A stretch of 63,393 nucleotides of DNA, filler included, from Lenisia limosa (Eukaryota > Protista > Breviatea): assembly GCA_001655205.1 (NCBI GenBank). It is 12 parts of 12 records of this genome, joined end to end, with 100 filler letters (N's around TTAATTAATTAA, not from the genome) between each part and the next. Parts side by side here need not be neighbours in the genome. Positions count along the whole stretch, not along the records: positions 1 to 2,089 come from LPNZ01004275.1; positions 2,190 to 14,693 come from LPNZ01007032.1; 10 more parts are not named here. One strand, written 5' to 3'. The position numbers and the translations under genes are program-made. The first letter of the stretch is position 1; each line of letters opens with the position of its first letter. The notes beneath the pieces are model-generated. The model was not told where the DNA came from. It saw only the letters and a program-made list of their open reading frames with translations, and ran no database searches. Of the stretch, positions 1 through 13,630 are shown one piece after another.

Positions 1-3000
1 CGAGACTTATCACTTATCGATGGGAGCGCTGCCGAAGACCCAGACCTCTCCTTCGTCCCGATCACCATTATTGAGCCTCAACCAATGGAAGTGCGAGGCG
101 TTGTTTGGTATTGATTCAATGACCTAGGCTTCACTTCGGTTTGAAACCCACCCAAATATCGTTAGCTTTCGAGGATTTATCGAGAAATTCAGTCATTTTT
201 GAACCGAAGTGAAGCCCTATAGATAGGGCTTCACTCCGATCTAGAAACTTGCTGAATTCCCGTTAAATTATCGATAAGTCATCGATAGGTTTCGTTAAAT
301 TATCGATAAGTCATCGATAGGTTTTTTGTAACGAAGTTGAGGACTAGAGAGAAATAATTCGGAAAATGATTATCAATAAAGAACGCTCCATTTTATTTTT
401 ATGATATCTTATTTTAACCAATTTAGGAATCTGCCATCTCCTCTCCCCAAAAGTATGCCGTGTGGTTGTGGTTGTCCATTTACTCTGACTGAGAAAAGTC
501 CTAACACGGGGGTTATTGAAGTTAGTTAATCGTGTAGGGCTTATCGTGATCAGTGGTATAGTATTGCTTCTATTTGTGTTATTTTTATGACAGACATTTA
601 AACTCAAACAACCCCAATTTTGTAATTCGACTAAAACCATACTACTAGGGCTTCCCTACGGTCCGAAAAAGACGTCAAATATCAATATTTATCGAGGATT
701 TATCAAGAAATTTAGTCTTTTTGGACCGTAAGGAACACCCTACATATAATAAATACCCCATTTTGTTGAGTCCTATTTGTTTTTTTTTACTTTTAGCACG
801 CTATTGTTAATTGTTTAATGACATCTGTGCCAATCTTCTGATTAGAGAGCCTTAAAACTTGACCAGAACAGGGATTGTTTGGATTTGATGATCAAAATTT
901 TTGAACTAAAATTTTGGATTTTAGGGCTCAGCTAGGAATATGCAATTATTATGGTTTGGAGACCTGCTTTGACCCCACCCAGGAGCCCCATCGAGCACCC
1001 CATACCTTCCGTCATCCCGCGATACGCCGGAGTAGGGCAGGTGGGGGGGGGGATGTTATCAGAAGAATCCGTCCACAGATACCCCTAAACATTTTTATGG
1101 GCTTCTAGCCAACAGTCAATTTTGTGTCTTTGTTTCATGTATTTTTTTCCTTTTTGTTTATTCACCTAGACGATGTCGCCATTTGGTCCGGACTCCGTAC
1201 CTCCCTCAGGTGAGCGAAATAACATATTGCCAAATATGCGCTATTTGTTATGGCTTTCCACCCATTTCCACTTATGGCTACTTTTTCGACTTTTATTTTA
1301 TAACGTTCCCCCCTTCCTGTTTTCCCCCTTTTTAGTATGGCTTTCCCCCCTTTTGTCGTGTTCTTGATGGGGAGGGGGATCGGAGGAAAAAGATTGGTGG
1401 AGAGGCATATTTTAACGAAGATGCCTGGGGGAGGGGGAGCTTTGTTGTAATCATATCATATACTACAACTCTCCAACACGCCTCAAGTATGGTCCTAGTG
1501 TGTATTTATTTCCCTAATCTCAAATCAATTCATATATTATTGAACAATCAAAACTATGGCTGTATAACTCGACTATTAGGGAGGCAACTGGCTGTGTCAC
1601 CTATGCCCTTCAAGCCTGTTGCGAAAGAACCAAAGAGTGATCATGTGACAGAAGAGCCCAAGAATGCTAAAGAGCTGAAATCTGATGTTGATGATGTGAA
1701 GACCAATGGGATTGATGGTGTTAATAAAGAGGATGAAAAGAGTGATACAAGCAAGACTCTTGAGAATCATGAAGCACCAACTGAAGTAAAAGAGTCAAAA
1801 CCGCTCATAGCTAAGGATGAAGAAGGTGCAGTTGAAGAGAAAAAGGAAGACGCGATACAAGATGGGAAGATTAAAGAAGAACAGAAGGTAGAAAACAGGG
1901 AAGAGGAACAGGGAAAACACGAAGAAGTTGCAACATTGGGCACTACCACTAGTCCCTTTGAGGTCACTGCCATTGAAACCTTGTCCCTCACTGAAGCGTT
2001 GGACAGCATTGAATCTTCACAAAAGTACGGCAGTCCTGGATCTGCATTCAATATACATAATAACCCATTTTCAATATTATAGTCCCCCCNNNNNNNNNNN
2101 NNNNNNNNNNNNNNNNNNNNNNNNNNNNNNNNNTTAATTAATTAANNNNNNNNNNNNNNNNNNNNNNNNNNNNNNNNNNNNNNNNNNNNATACAGATTCA
2201 GTTCAGTTTCTGAAGCAATGGCTCAACTACCAAGTTCACAACTATCCGTATCCGAGGTGAGGTTGTACAGAGTCATTATATTGTGTGATATTTGAGTGAC
2301 GATTATATGTTGATGCCCACCCAACCTTGTCTTTTGTTTCTTGATTACTCTTCAGTTAGATCTGCGCTCGGATCCTGTGGGAGGGCTCCTCGAAGCTGCA
2401 AAGAACGGTGAGTGTGCTTAACTTGGCGAATACTCCATATCAAAAAAAAACGTAATGAAACTATGGCGATTCTGCTTCTGAATTCAACAGAGAGGATTGT
2501 GGATCTATGAGTAGAATAGAAACACAAGATGATCAACAGATAACAATGTGACTTGTGTATTATTATTCAACTATCATGCGCAACCAGACTTTATTAAAGT
2601 AAGTAATACAAAATAAAGGAGCTCCGACATGATAATAAAGCGATAGTCATAAGGAATCACACAGTGTTATGTATTATTGTTTTTAGTGAAATCCGAAAAT
2701 ATGATAACGCTGATGTACATTGAGTTTTTTATTACTATTATATATCTCTTTAGGAGACGTTAAAACACTCCAAGCTGTTTTGGAGAAGGGTATTGACCCG
2801 AATTGCCTCCTATGTAACAAGTATGGTGTTATGGTATTATCATTATTGTATTTCGCGTATTTTTTACCCTTCATAATATTTCTCATTGCTCAACAATTGC
2901 TCATTAAGATGCTGATGAAATAGACACATCTCCCCCCTCGTGCTTGCAGCGATGTGGGGACGCACAGAGTGTGTCAGATTCTTATTGGTGAGAGAATACA

Positions 3001-3433
3001 GGGGGGGGGGTATTCATTTCTATTAAAAAGGATGAAAGTATTGCCAATCATTGATAATTCATTATCATGATTTTTTGGTCTGAAAGCAAAAAGGAAGTAC
3101 GCAGTAACAATTATCTTTACTGATTTGCAAGTATATCATTTGAGGTGCATATTTAATCAATTGGCCGAGAGATCATTTGAAATGTTTTTGTTGCCATTTC
3201 TCACCCATTTAGTACTATGATGCCAACAAGGATGCAACAGGTGAGGCAATAACGAAATTGTATAAAAAATTGAATTGTATCAGCCGCTGGTTTTAGTGGT
3301 ATATCCTCATAATTTAGTGTTTTCTTTTGTGACTTTTTAAGATCCGGATGGTCTGACAGCGCTGCATTGGGCTGAAAAAAATGGACACATGGACGTGGTC
3401 GAGATTTTAACGACAACGCAGATATCACGATGA
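1..3433 (+). CDS. Multi-exon ankyrin-repeat protein with Pro-rich and Glu/Lys-rich N-terminal region (5' partial)
   Basis: Phase-consistent exons ...IPRYAGVGQ|TMSPFGPDSVPPS|GRQLAVSPMPFKP...(E/K-rich exon ~1578-2030). Ankyrin motifs follow: GGLLEAAKNG|DVKTLQAVLEKGIDPN, SPLVLAAMWGRTECVRFLL, DPDGLTALHWAEKNGHMDVVEIL; stop TGA 3431-3433. Spans a scaffold gap at ~2090-2189. Confidence 0.7.
126..218. mobile_element. MITE family B copy (partial second copy follows)
   Basis: aggcttcacttcggtttgaa...gaaccgaagtgaagccct. Confidence 0.85.
647..741. mobile_element. MITE family B, subfamily with TIR AGGGCTTCCCTACGGTCC
   Basis: agggcttccctacggtcc...ggaccgtaaggaacaccct, same core as family B. Confidence 0.8.
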
Positions 3434-3929
3434 TCGTAAACGTGTGTGTGGTATATTGGATTGTTATCTATGGTAATGTAGTGGTATTGTTTTAGGTTTG
3501 TATATTAAGATGTATTGTGATGTGGTACTGAAATTGGTGCACAAAACAGCAAGGGGGCAGTAGTCTGGAGATTTATGGTTAAAAGATGTTACTTTACCCC
3601 ACTCTGAACCGACGCATTGGCGAAGCTGAGGAGTTGGGGCGTTAGTTCAGAGTGTTTGAACCAGTTGTTGGGTTGTACCGTATATGACCATGATGATTGA
3701 TGAAGTGTCAAGTGGGAGTAGGTCCAAATTACCGTATTTGGATAGTTTATTTCTTGTCCCCTACCATATCCGAATTCGGTACCAAATTCCCTCACACATT
3801 CCCATACCTCTCTGACGCTCCATCTTCCTTAATAACACATTTCAAGTGAAAGTGAATTTGAAATGGTCCCCTTATAATCCAATTCCTTATATATCCGCAT
3901 TTTTCAACATTCACTGCTTTTCATTGATA

Positions 3930-6900
3930 AGTGACCGGTGATAGTGTCCAACCTGTTAGGTATAATTTACCTCAATTACACTCCTCCTGCTATATAGAAC
4001 ACATTCACCATAGTTCTTGTGGCTGACGACACCCCCATCAGTTCACCTTTATCTGACAAGTACCGCGTGAGAAGTTCTCAATTACTATAAAATGTATTTT
4101 CTGATAACAACCTAGCGGCTCTGTACGAATCATATGCCCTGTTGGAAAAATTGGTATTTCACCTCAGTTCATGAAAAGACGTTCCAAAACGGAAGTGGGT
4201 GCATATACTTACATACATGATTAAATTTCATGTAGATATTCATTAGAAACTAACAACACGCAGAATTTACAAGTTGTCACCTTTTTCAGTCAACACAGGA
4301 CACACTGGTCTCTCAAGGAACTTTTCCTCTGGTTCAATGTAAGTGTTAACAACATTCTCTTTTTACATCCTCATAACATCAATATCATTTAGATTTATTG
4401 TTGATATTAATTGTTTTTAGGTGGAGTGGTGCAAGCGGTATGTCAGTAAAAGTGGTAGTGGCACTGAAAGAAAACGAACTGTCACTTCAGAAACTCCAGC
4501 ACTTGGACTACCTGTAATTATTCAACTTTTAGAATGGAGGCTTCCTGATGGCTTACACTATTACTGCCATGGAATTCAAAACAAGACGAGGTATGGTCTT
4601 GGTTTCGCTAACAAGTTCAGCCTCAATTGCAGTAGGATCAACACAGTGACTGACGTGCCCTAGTTATCCATTGTGGTTATTGTCGAGTTTGTATTCGTTA
4701 TTTAAATAAGTTTGCTTGACTGTTTCTTGATTTTTTAATGTACTTAATAATGTCAAATGACAGTTGTTAGACAAAGCATAAGATTTTCATCCCCTTAAGG
4801 GGGATTGACATTACCTCTTTCATGAATCCACTGTATACTACCATCCAGATTATTATATACGTAACGGCCTAAATACACTGTGGGATCCCTGGCGATCCTT
4901 AACTGTCGAACAAATCCTCTTCAACTCACCTTCGCCTCTTCGAGTAAACTATAATTAATAGAATCTTGGATTATTACATAATTACATAGTAACAGCACGT
5001 AATAAGTTGATGAGTCATCATTGTCCAATTGTATCCGAACATTGTCCATTATGAGTCACGAATTTCCCTTTTGGGAATGTTCTCACTGTATTCATATCTT
5101 GAGCTTTAAGATTCAAGTTGAAATACAATTTGGTTTAATTGTTGAGATTCACCAACTTACTCAATGATGCTTTAAATAACAATATACTATGTTGGCCGCT
5201 CCAGAAGTAAGGTCTACAAATCATGGTATGGTTATGCTTGTGTACAATAATAAATTATCAGTAGGAAAGGAAGCAGTTGTGTATTTGACTTATCTTGAGT
5301 TGCGCCATACTTGAAACAAAACTGATATTTATTTGACTTGTCAATTTTATTACTCCCAGAAACAGGAACCAAAGTGTTGGGTACCGCACACTTGTCATGC
5401 CCTCTCTATGACGAAGCTTTGGTAAGAAGGAGGCTGGTCAATCAAAGTGACATCAGATGAAATAGGTACGGTATTATCAGAAATTTGTGAATTTTAAATT
5501 TGATCTTCTCTCCATTTAGAACTTTATCCAAGAACAATTGACCAACACAGCCTCGACTTGAGTTTAATACCTCCTCTCATGAGGACATTGTCAATGACTA
5601 TGATGATGATACCTTAACACGATCTTCCTCAGTGAGGGTTTTGGAGTCAACAGTCAAGATATGAAATTAATACTGAATTTTTTTATGATTGTTGTGACAG
5701 AAAATACCACATATTTACCTAAATGAAGGTAGTACTTATATCATGAAGAATTAGCACAAGTACATAATAATATAAAAATACATGCATTATAAAATATGAT
5801 ATTTAATTGTGTGTAGGTTCTGGACCAAGAATTTTGCTTAGCAGCGTCAACACGAATGCAGATCTTAGACCCATGGAAGTGTGGAGTTACATAATTTAAT
5901 GTACCAATTCACACATATATCATTTATCTATTTAGAAATGTCCCTGGAATAGAGAACACTTTCAGCCAGCTGCAGTGAGTTGTTACTGTCTATTTACTAC
6001 CTTGATACATCAAATCCCCAATTGAAATAATACTTTAGTGAGATTTCCAATATCGTTCACCGTATGAGCAGCCAAGTCCCGCATGTTCAAATTGATGATG
6101 TTGGTTGAGTTCAAAAACTATTAACAGATAATATATTAGACAATATTTAATTTGGAGGAAAAGCCCTAAATTCAGTGCAGTAATTTTGTTTGCAGTCAAA
6201 GAGACCTGTCAAAATTGTTATATTTGTTTTTTTTTCTTATTTATCTAGGGTAATAGAGCTCAACTTGCGCGAATGAGAGACCTTGTGGAAAATGTTAACA
6301 AACAAGTTAGTAATATTGATTGTTCTAATTGACGGTCCATTTCGAATCATGAGTCACTTATAAGCTCCATTAGTTTTGGCACACATCATTACAACACTAG
6401 GCAAAAACCTGTTCCAATAATGTCTGCAATTTGGTAAAGTCAACTGTAGCTGATCTGTGCAGTGCTGGAGAAACAAATGTAAGCAATATTCCAAAACTAA
6501 GTATGAAAAGGCAATATCCAAATATGTTGCTTTGATTGTATGAAAGTAATATGTAAAACTATCAGATACATTATTGGCTTCACGGTTATAGGACATTGAG
6601 TGTGTCAGTGCAGGGGTGGATGTCTTATCTATGACGCTGAATGTGGCCAATCCCTCTCCTCGTTATCTTAGCAAATCTGGCGTAAGTTAAACTAATAAAC
6701 ATTTTACATTCCTTCTGTGCATGTAATATCATTGCCAGTCACGTGCAACTAGTGAAGAACTATTTCCGGCCAATTTCAAATCAATTCACGTTAAATCTGC
6801 AATGTAAGCCCATTAGTCAATACAACTGTGTGGTATTGTGGTACATTATAGTGATCTTGATTCCATTTTGACAGTTGTGATTTTGCCTAAAAGAAGCTAC

Positions 6901-8110
6901 TATTATATACCTCTATACTTGTGACATTTTAGGTGTATTCTGAACAAGCAAACAGCCTTAGTGAAAAACAAAGATATTCAGAACCCCATTGACGGTTTAA
7001 GCCCAATTCTGGAACATAAATCAAGATCGGGAGGTAGAAGATCGGAATAAGTCACATTCCAGACAACAAAAGGAGAATAAAAATGAGCAATTTGACAGTT
7101 GACATGGCGGCTGTTGATAGTTCACCATCATTTACCCCATCGCCGATCACACCACCGCTGTTCACTCCCCCGGTCCTAGTAGGTATGAAAGCAGTATTGT
7201 AGTAGGAGGCTGTTGCCGTACGAGTAAATAGTTTTACATCTTCAGATAATGTATTGAAACTCATTGAGGAAACAAATGCAGGAGATCCAACGTTTATAGC
7301 TAGAGAAGGCCAGGTACCCAGGGATTGTACTTACCAACTTCCACTATGTGGCAAAAAGAGTTGTATAGAATATTTTTCATGTTAATATTAAGAAATCACA
7401 ACTTCGATAACTTAATGAAATGTTTTTACTCCCAGAAACTCGTTGCAGCTATTCGGCATTTTAGGTGGTCTAAAGCCAACCTTATTGGAACCGAAAGTGA
7501 GCTCAATTGGACTTTATTGTTCGGGTTTCTATTCTCTGAAATTGGCAGCTTAGTTTACCAAATGACCATTCAGTACCTCTTCAAGCATCCAATGATGTTA
7601 TTACGCTGATCCAGGCCATTTCACGTAAAATTGCTTTGTGGACAGCACGCCGGCATGCTGAGCTAATTGAACAGTCTCTCAAGTTATCAACAGATATCAG
7701 TAACCTTCTGAGGGAGTCCAAAGTGGGAGGGTTTGAACATGATATTTGTCATATGACTACAAACTTACAAATCTCTCATTTGATACTGTTTGCATTTACA
7801 GTATCGTGTGACATAATTCTAATATACTATATGTAGAAAAATTGTCAAGACTTAGCAGGGGTCAGTATTTGCATGTACATTTCGCTTCACCTCTCTACTT
7901 CAGCTTTGATGAAATGTAGAATCAAGATATTGACATATCAAGTATCAATACCTTTGTCCACGACTGCATCACTTGGGTATGTAAAAAATCAAATTGTTGT
8001 GGGTTGACATTTTTTAGATTGACGATATTATTTTGTTCATTTGCCCCTACACAGACCTCCCAAAAGACCCTGTTCTGAGTACAAATGGGCAAGCGGCCGT
8101 TAATGGATAA
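3930..8110 (+). CDS. Probable N-terminal exons of the RasGEF gene (or an adjacent upstream gene); includes a helical-bundle-like segment
   Basis: Series of GT-AG bounded open exons on + (e.g. IVLVADDTPISSPLSDKYR, KLVAAIRHFRWSKANLIGTE, ITLIQAISRKIALWTARRHAELIEQSLKLSTDISNLLRESK) with no obvious gene break before the REM domain. Start codon not resolved. Confidence 0.5.
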
Positions 8111-8409
8111 AAACCTGTGAATACCATTGCTTACCTTCTAGGTTTTGTTGCAAAGCCCATCAATCCAAGTTTGACAAATGAGTACTCAATTCCCTCCAAT
8201 ATTCGGACTTCAAATGAGTTAGTAACTTTCAAGGTTTGCCACACATTTCAAACATCAGTATATGGCACCAACCTTAATAGCTTGATTTACTGTGTGTACT
8301 AATCTGATTGTTTAGTCATCCCCAGCCAACAAAAAACCGGGATACAATGGTTTGTGGTATTTATAATGCGCTTTTAAGTGAAAACATGAATCAACAAATA
8401 CTCATCACT

Positions 8410-11400
8410 TCCAGACTCCAGAGCTAGTTTGGCTGGAACATTTGACTACCTTGTGCGATGTTGCACTGAACCGTCTTCTCAAGGTACACATTACAACCAC
8501 TATTTTACTTTCTTTTGTTCAGAAATTAATGAATTATTTTTAGTGTTCACCAAGCTGAGTAATTTCCAAACTATCTACTTCACATCCACTCTTATTTGTC
8601 AAAGCAACCATATTGTAGATTTTTATAATCCAATTTATGGTGCTATTTACTTTGTGAAGATGCTGAGGAGTTCCTGTTGATGGTGGGTCTCACGTCGCCC
8701 CTCTACATTGATAGTGATATCATTTGTCAAACTATTGCTGAAAGGTAAGTAGTGTGTTGTATGGCTATTCGTTATGATGTCTTAAGGCCATACTCACTCT
8801 TCTTTTTATAACACATTAGACTGTCAGAAACATGCCAAACTCTCAAAACAATTGGATCCCAAATGAGGTATAAAGAGTACCAGTACCAAATGCTGATTTA
8901 CATGTTGAGATGTTTAATTCTCATTACTCAATCATGGGAATAGTGTCTTGAGTTTATGTGGAAATCACATTAGCGAAATAAGTTCTTTTGTTGAGATAGT
9001 AAGGACTGATGATTGTTTCATTACTATCTCAATCTGTTGTTTCATTGATTATTTTTTGACATTAATAGAAACAATACCGCATCAGCTGACGGACTTACGA
9101 GTCCGAAACCGTCCTCAAATGCGTCAGTGATATTTCAAGATTCAACTGCAAGGTAGGTGGTCATCTGATAATGTTGTTCCATTTTATGAGGTGAAATTTT
9201 TGAAATATTATCATTACTAGTTTTAACCATTCTACAGGGATAGTGCTCGCGAAGCAGTGTACCTTGCACTCAAACTGATTATAACATATTGCACCCAAGG
9301 TGAAAGATCATTGTCAAGCTCAAATGGAGCCATCCTTCGACAATCAATTCAGGTATAATGTTGAAAAGCACTCATTAATTTTAACGAATTGTTTTACAAA
9401 ATCAAATTTCTGTTTATGACTTGGAGAAATCAATCAATATATCTATATGGGTTTGATAGAGTTTGTTCTTTCTTGTTATAATACTGTCTAGATTATATCT
9501 TCAATAATGATTTAGAACCTCAATAGCCTGGGTAACATCATCCCTCACGAATGGAAAACTCTCACTGAACAAGCTGTTGTCAATGTTTGGAGGAGTTTAT
9601 TATGCTCCATGATTGTGATCATTATATGAGGGAAAGTTGTAATGTGTTGATTACGATGAAGATTACTTTCTGTCCACTTAGTATATTATATTTTAAAGGA
9701 TAAGAGTGCGCAAAAGGAATTCTTTTGATTTTGTGCCTATCTGATTAACAATTTCGAATCTTCAATCATATTACATCAAAGATAGGTTACTTGGTCAATT
9801 TTTCAGGTCACAGAACGGGAACTTGAACTGGTATTGACATGCCCCACTCGACTCCTCCATGTAAATGTCAATATCTGGTATGTATTGCTAAAATCATGAA
9901 AATGGTCCATTTCATTGGAGTATTGGAGTATTCCTTCCATAGGATGATCTAACTATTTAGCGGGTGTAAGGACTGTCCCGCTCATGCCATTGCGATTATC
10001 GACCCTTCCACTACAGTCAGCCAGCTTATTGAGGGGCTTGCTTACAAGCTGGCTCAAAATGAAAACTCCGTAAGTTTAGACAGAAATTATGAAGAGACTC
10101 ACTGTTTAGCCTCAAGTTTCAAGATCCAAATGTGCATGTGGCAAACGTTCTAATTGTAACCAGCTGTGCCAACAAGTTGGCAACAGCGTTTTATAAGTTG
10201 TAAATGATATTATTTTTGTACTTCACCGTCTGAATTACACAAATTAACCTCCCGAGTCATGAAAAAAATAAGAAGAAATACCCATTTTTGAAGACTTAAC
10301 AATTGTAGGCATACAGGGGCCTCTGCTTCTGTTCTTGTGTACACTCCATTGTGATACCTGATTGTGATGGTGACGAAATAACACCATTACACACCCCCAC
10401 CAATATTGCTGTAGCGCGTAAGTTGGCTTTAATCGCATCGAATGTATATAATTGATATCCACAACCGGTAAGGTTGTCGGTTATCAATCTTTGTGACCTG
10501 ATTTGATATTGAGTCGGTAGCAAAAATACTGTTTAGCAAGTATCTTGAAAATTATTTTTGCTTTGAAACTATTTGAAACTAAAGTGAAGCACTAACACAA
10601 TATATATTTTACAGACAAGAACTATTTTACAATAGATTAATGCTTCATTGATTTTTGACTTGTACAGAATCTCCATATATGACACCGATATCTACACCAA
10701 ATATGAAATGGCAAAAGACACCAAATGACATCTTGAGAAGTCTTGAACAAATGACAGGTAGCATGAAATTTCTCTGTAATTGCTTTTTCCTATATTGCGA
10801 ACTCATATTTTAGAGGACATGAACACTGGTCTAGACTCCTTGGATAGCATTCATACCGACGCCACAGAGGATTTTGAGGAATCTTTTAGAACATCTGGGG
10901 GCATGAGTCTTGTGAACGGTAGGTATAAGTTGCTTAAATTACTTGGATCCCAGGGTGTATCAACCGTAATATTAATACCCCAGGAAAAACCGTTCTTCTG
11001 CTTAACGGCAGTGCATTTCCATGGGACTTTGGTCCTGATAGTGTGCTCAAATTTCAGGTATTTCTACAATGAGTATGAAATAGAAAGTGAAAAGCCGTCA
11101 GTGTTATTGTAATTAGCCTCTATGATTGTAATATAGCTCTTCTAAAATTAGTCTTAATTTTGTATTCTTATAATCAAATAACCTCACTTTTGATTCTTTT
11201 TAGACCTTCCCCAAAAACACAAATCTTCTTGCTGGGGTGCGACTATACAATAAAACGAAATCCTTTGCCAAATCAGCAACTCCCGAAGGCAAGCTTTTTG
11301 GGGAATGGTCTAACAATCATATATAGTCGTATTCAATAATGTACCCCAGATTTTGGGTTGTAGATTTCAGTCATATTGCCCAAACGTTTACTAATTATCA

Positions 11401-13410
11401 TTTGCAATGTCTTAACTTACAAGGAAAACAGCCTCTTATAAGAGCATTCAAACACTACCCGCCAGAGGTTTGTTTTTAACATTTTATTTCTTATCATACC
11501 TAAACCATGGTCTAAAAATATTTCTTATTAAAAATTCAACAATTTAGAGTGTTGCACACACTTTAGCGTCACACTCTCACATCATCTTCCTCAAAGTTTC
11601 GGTGTGTATTGAAATCCAACAGGGTTGAATCAAATGCTTTATGGAAATACCATTAATCATGAACATTAAGTCATTTCACGCTTAGCTATCTAGCCTTGGG
11701 AGTTACTTCGGTCCCACAACACTACTGACTTACAAAATAATGCACCAACTGTGTCCATTCTTATCGATTGTAAGTACATATGATACTATATTATGCGCAT
11801 TCTGGCTTCATACTTTCAATTTGAGTTCATGTATATGTATCTTTGAAATTGTTGACCCATGTAGCTACACGAATATTGTTATTAACTACCAATTATTTTA
11901 CATTGAGAAGAAACTCTATCAGTGCACTATCTGTTCCCTCTTTTGCTGATTAGACAGGTTTTAACGAGATTTGCCTTTGGGTTATTGAAACTATTTTGGC
12001 GCGACCCACTGCCAAAAGCCGAATGCAGGCTGCTGTGGTCTTCCTCAGAATCGCAAATGAGGTAGGGATAGTGAATCAGTGATAGAGTCAATTGAAATTA
12101 GTAATATGTTGAACTCTAAATGAGATTCCAATTGGTGCAGATCATGTTACCTACTTGATCATCTCAACTTATTTAAAACAAAAGTTCATTACAACAATGC
12201 TTCTATTTTTCACAAGAACAACCCTCATCTTCCAGTCCCTAGTTTTGCGAGACTTCCACTCCTTGGCAGCCATTGTCACGGCCTTAGTGTCCGCTCCAGT
12301 TGACCGGCTACTTAACTCGTGGCAAGACAAATACTCACACGTGAGTAATGCAGTTGTCCGTATACGATGTATATCTCCCTATACTGCCGATTCAGGAAGT
12401 TGTACTATTTGAGCTAATGTCTATGTGATACCTGTGAACCCACTGAAAATGTAAAAGTTGATATATTACTCAAATATATGGTAACCCTCTAGTCATTGGA
12501 ACATCTGGTGAGTATCATTTCTCCCCAACGGTCTTATAAAAACTACCGGCTTTTGCTGTGTAACGGGTACGTGGGGGCCTCTCGAATTGCCGGGACATTG
12601 TTTTCATTTGGGTCATTAATCTAACAATCTACTTGTACCAATAGCAACGGATAACCCCATGTCGCCCTAATAAGCAGCCAACGTCCCACCGTGCCGTTCT
12701 TCTGTGTATACCAAAGTGACCTGACTTTTGTTAACGATGGCAACCCAAGCATAGTCAATGGTGCTATCAACATCGCCAAGTTCAGGCTCATATATGCTGT
12801 AGGGAATGTGATTCGTTTCTTCTCACATATTCTGTGAGATTGCTTTGAGACTATAGAAAACTTGGGAAATCACAATCCACTCAACTTTTAGATCCAGTCT
12901 GAAGTTCGGTTCTTACAATCCGGATCCTACCCCTGCCAAAACCTGTAAGAATACGGTTATTTACAACACAACGGCGCATCGACTTGGGATTCCTTTCATA
13001 CATTTCTTCAAATTTCCATCAAATTCCATGGGATTCCCATGTAAAATATGGGAATTCCAATGTTTTTACAAGAATCCAAGTCGATGCGCTGTAGTGTTTT
13101 TTACGGATACTTGATGGCACACTTATCTATGATCAATGATTCAATGACCCTCTAGCGTCGTGTATAAGGATATTGTCAGAAGGAAAACGTTCACTGTCGA
13201 GGTGGGTTGAGATGACAATATTCATGCTCCTTTGCTCCCATCCATTCTTCTTACGGATTTATCAACCGGTTAGCACATTGACGACCCCCACCCCCCTCAC
13301 TCCATTCAACTCGGGTACTTGCAATAGCCCCTTATTCCCTTCAGAGCATGCCCCAAGCAATGGACCGATTGTACCGCTATTCGCTCACAATTAAACGGCG
13401 AAGCAAATAA
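8410..13410 (+). CDS. Ras-family guanine nucleotide exchange factor (RasGEF_N/REM + CDC25 catalytic domain)
   Basis: REM-like LAGTFDYLVRCCTE. CDC25 motifs FNEICLWVIETIL...RMQAAVVFLRIANE, LRDFHSLAAIVTALVSAPVDRLLNSW, LVSIISPQRSYKNYR, PTVPFFCVYQSDLTFVNDGNP...INIAKFR and terminal DRLYRYSLTIKRRSK*; stop TAA 13408-13410. Confidence 0.9.
12965..13097. repeat. Intronic foldback (about 25-bp inverted arms) in the RasGEF gene
   Basis: gcgcatcgacttgggattc (~12974-12992) versus gaatccaagtcgatgcgc (13072-13089). Confidence 0.75.
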
Positions 13411-13630
13411 GTTGCTAGCATTACTGTAATTGACCGCTGTTTCAAAATTTTCAGTGTTTCATGTTTTGTTTCTTTTATTTTTTTGTTCAGAGGCAAGTGT
13501 GTGATGTTTGGTTTTAGATTTAGTGTTTGCAATTCTCTTAAAGTGTACACCCACAACACACCCACGACCCACGACACATGCATGACTCCTCACTATCCAA
13601 AAGCTGCATGTACCTGCAGCCGCTCGAGGC

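Noticed and set aside
261-323. Direct duplication of cgttaaattatcgataagtcatcgataggttt
   Set aside because: Simple two-copy slippage duplication beside a MITE; no further structure seen.
4421-4600. WW domain in EWRLPDGLHYYCHGIQNKTR
   Set aside because: W-to-G spacing is too short and the second Trp could not be recovered by any plausible splice.
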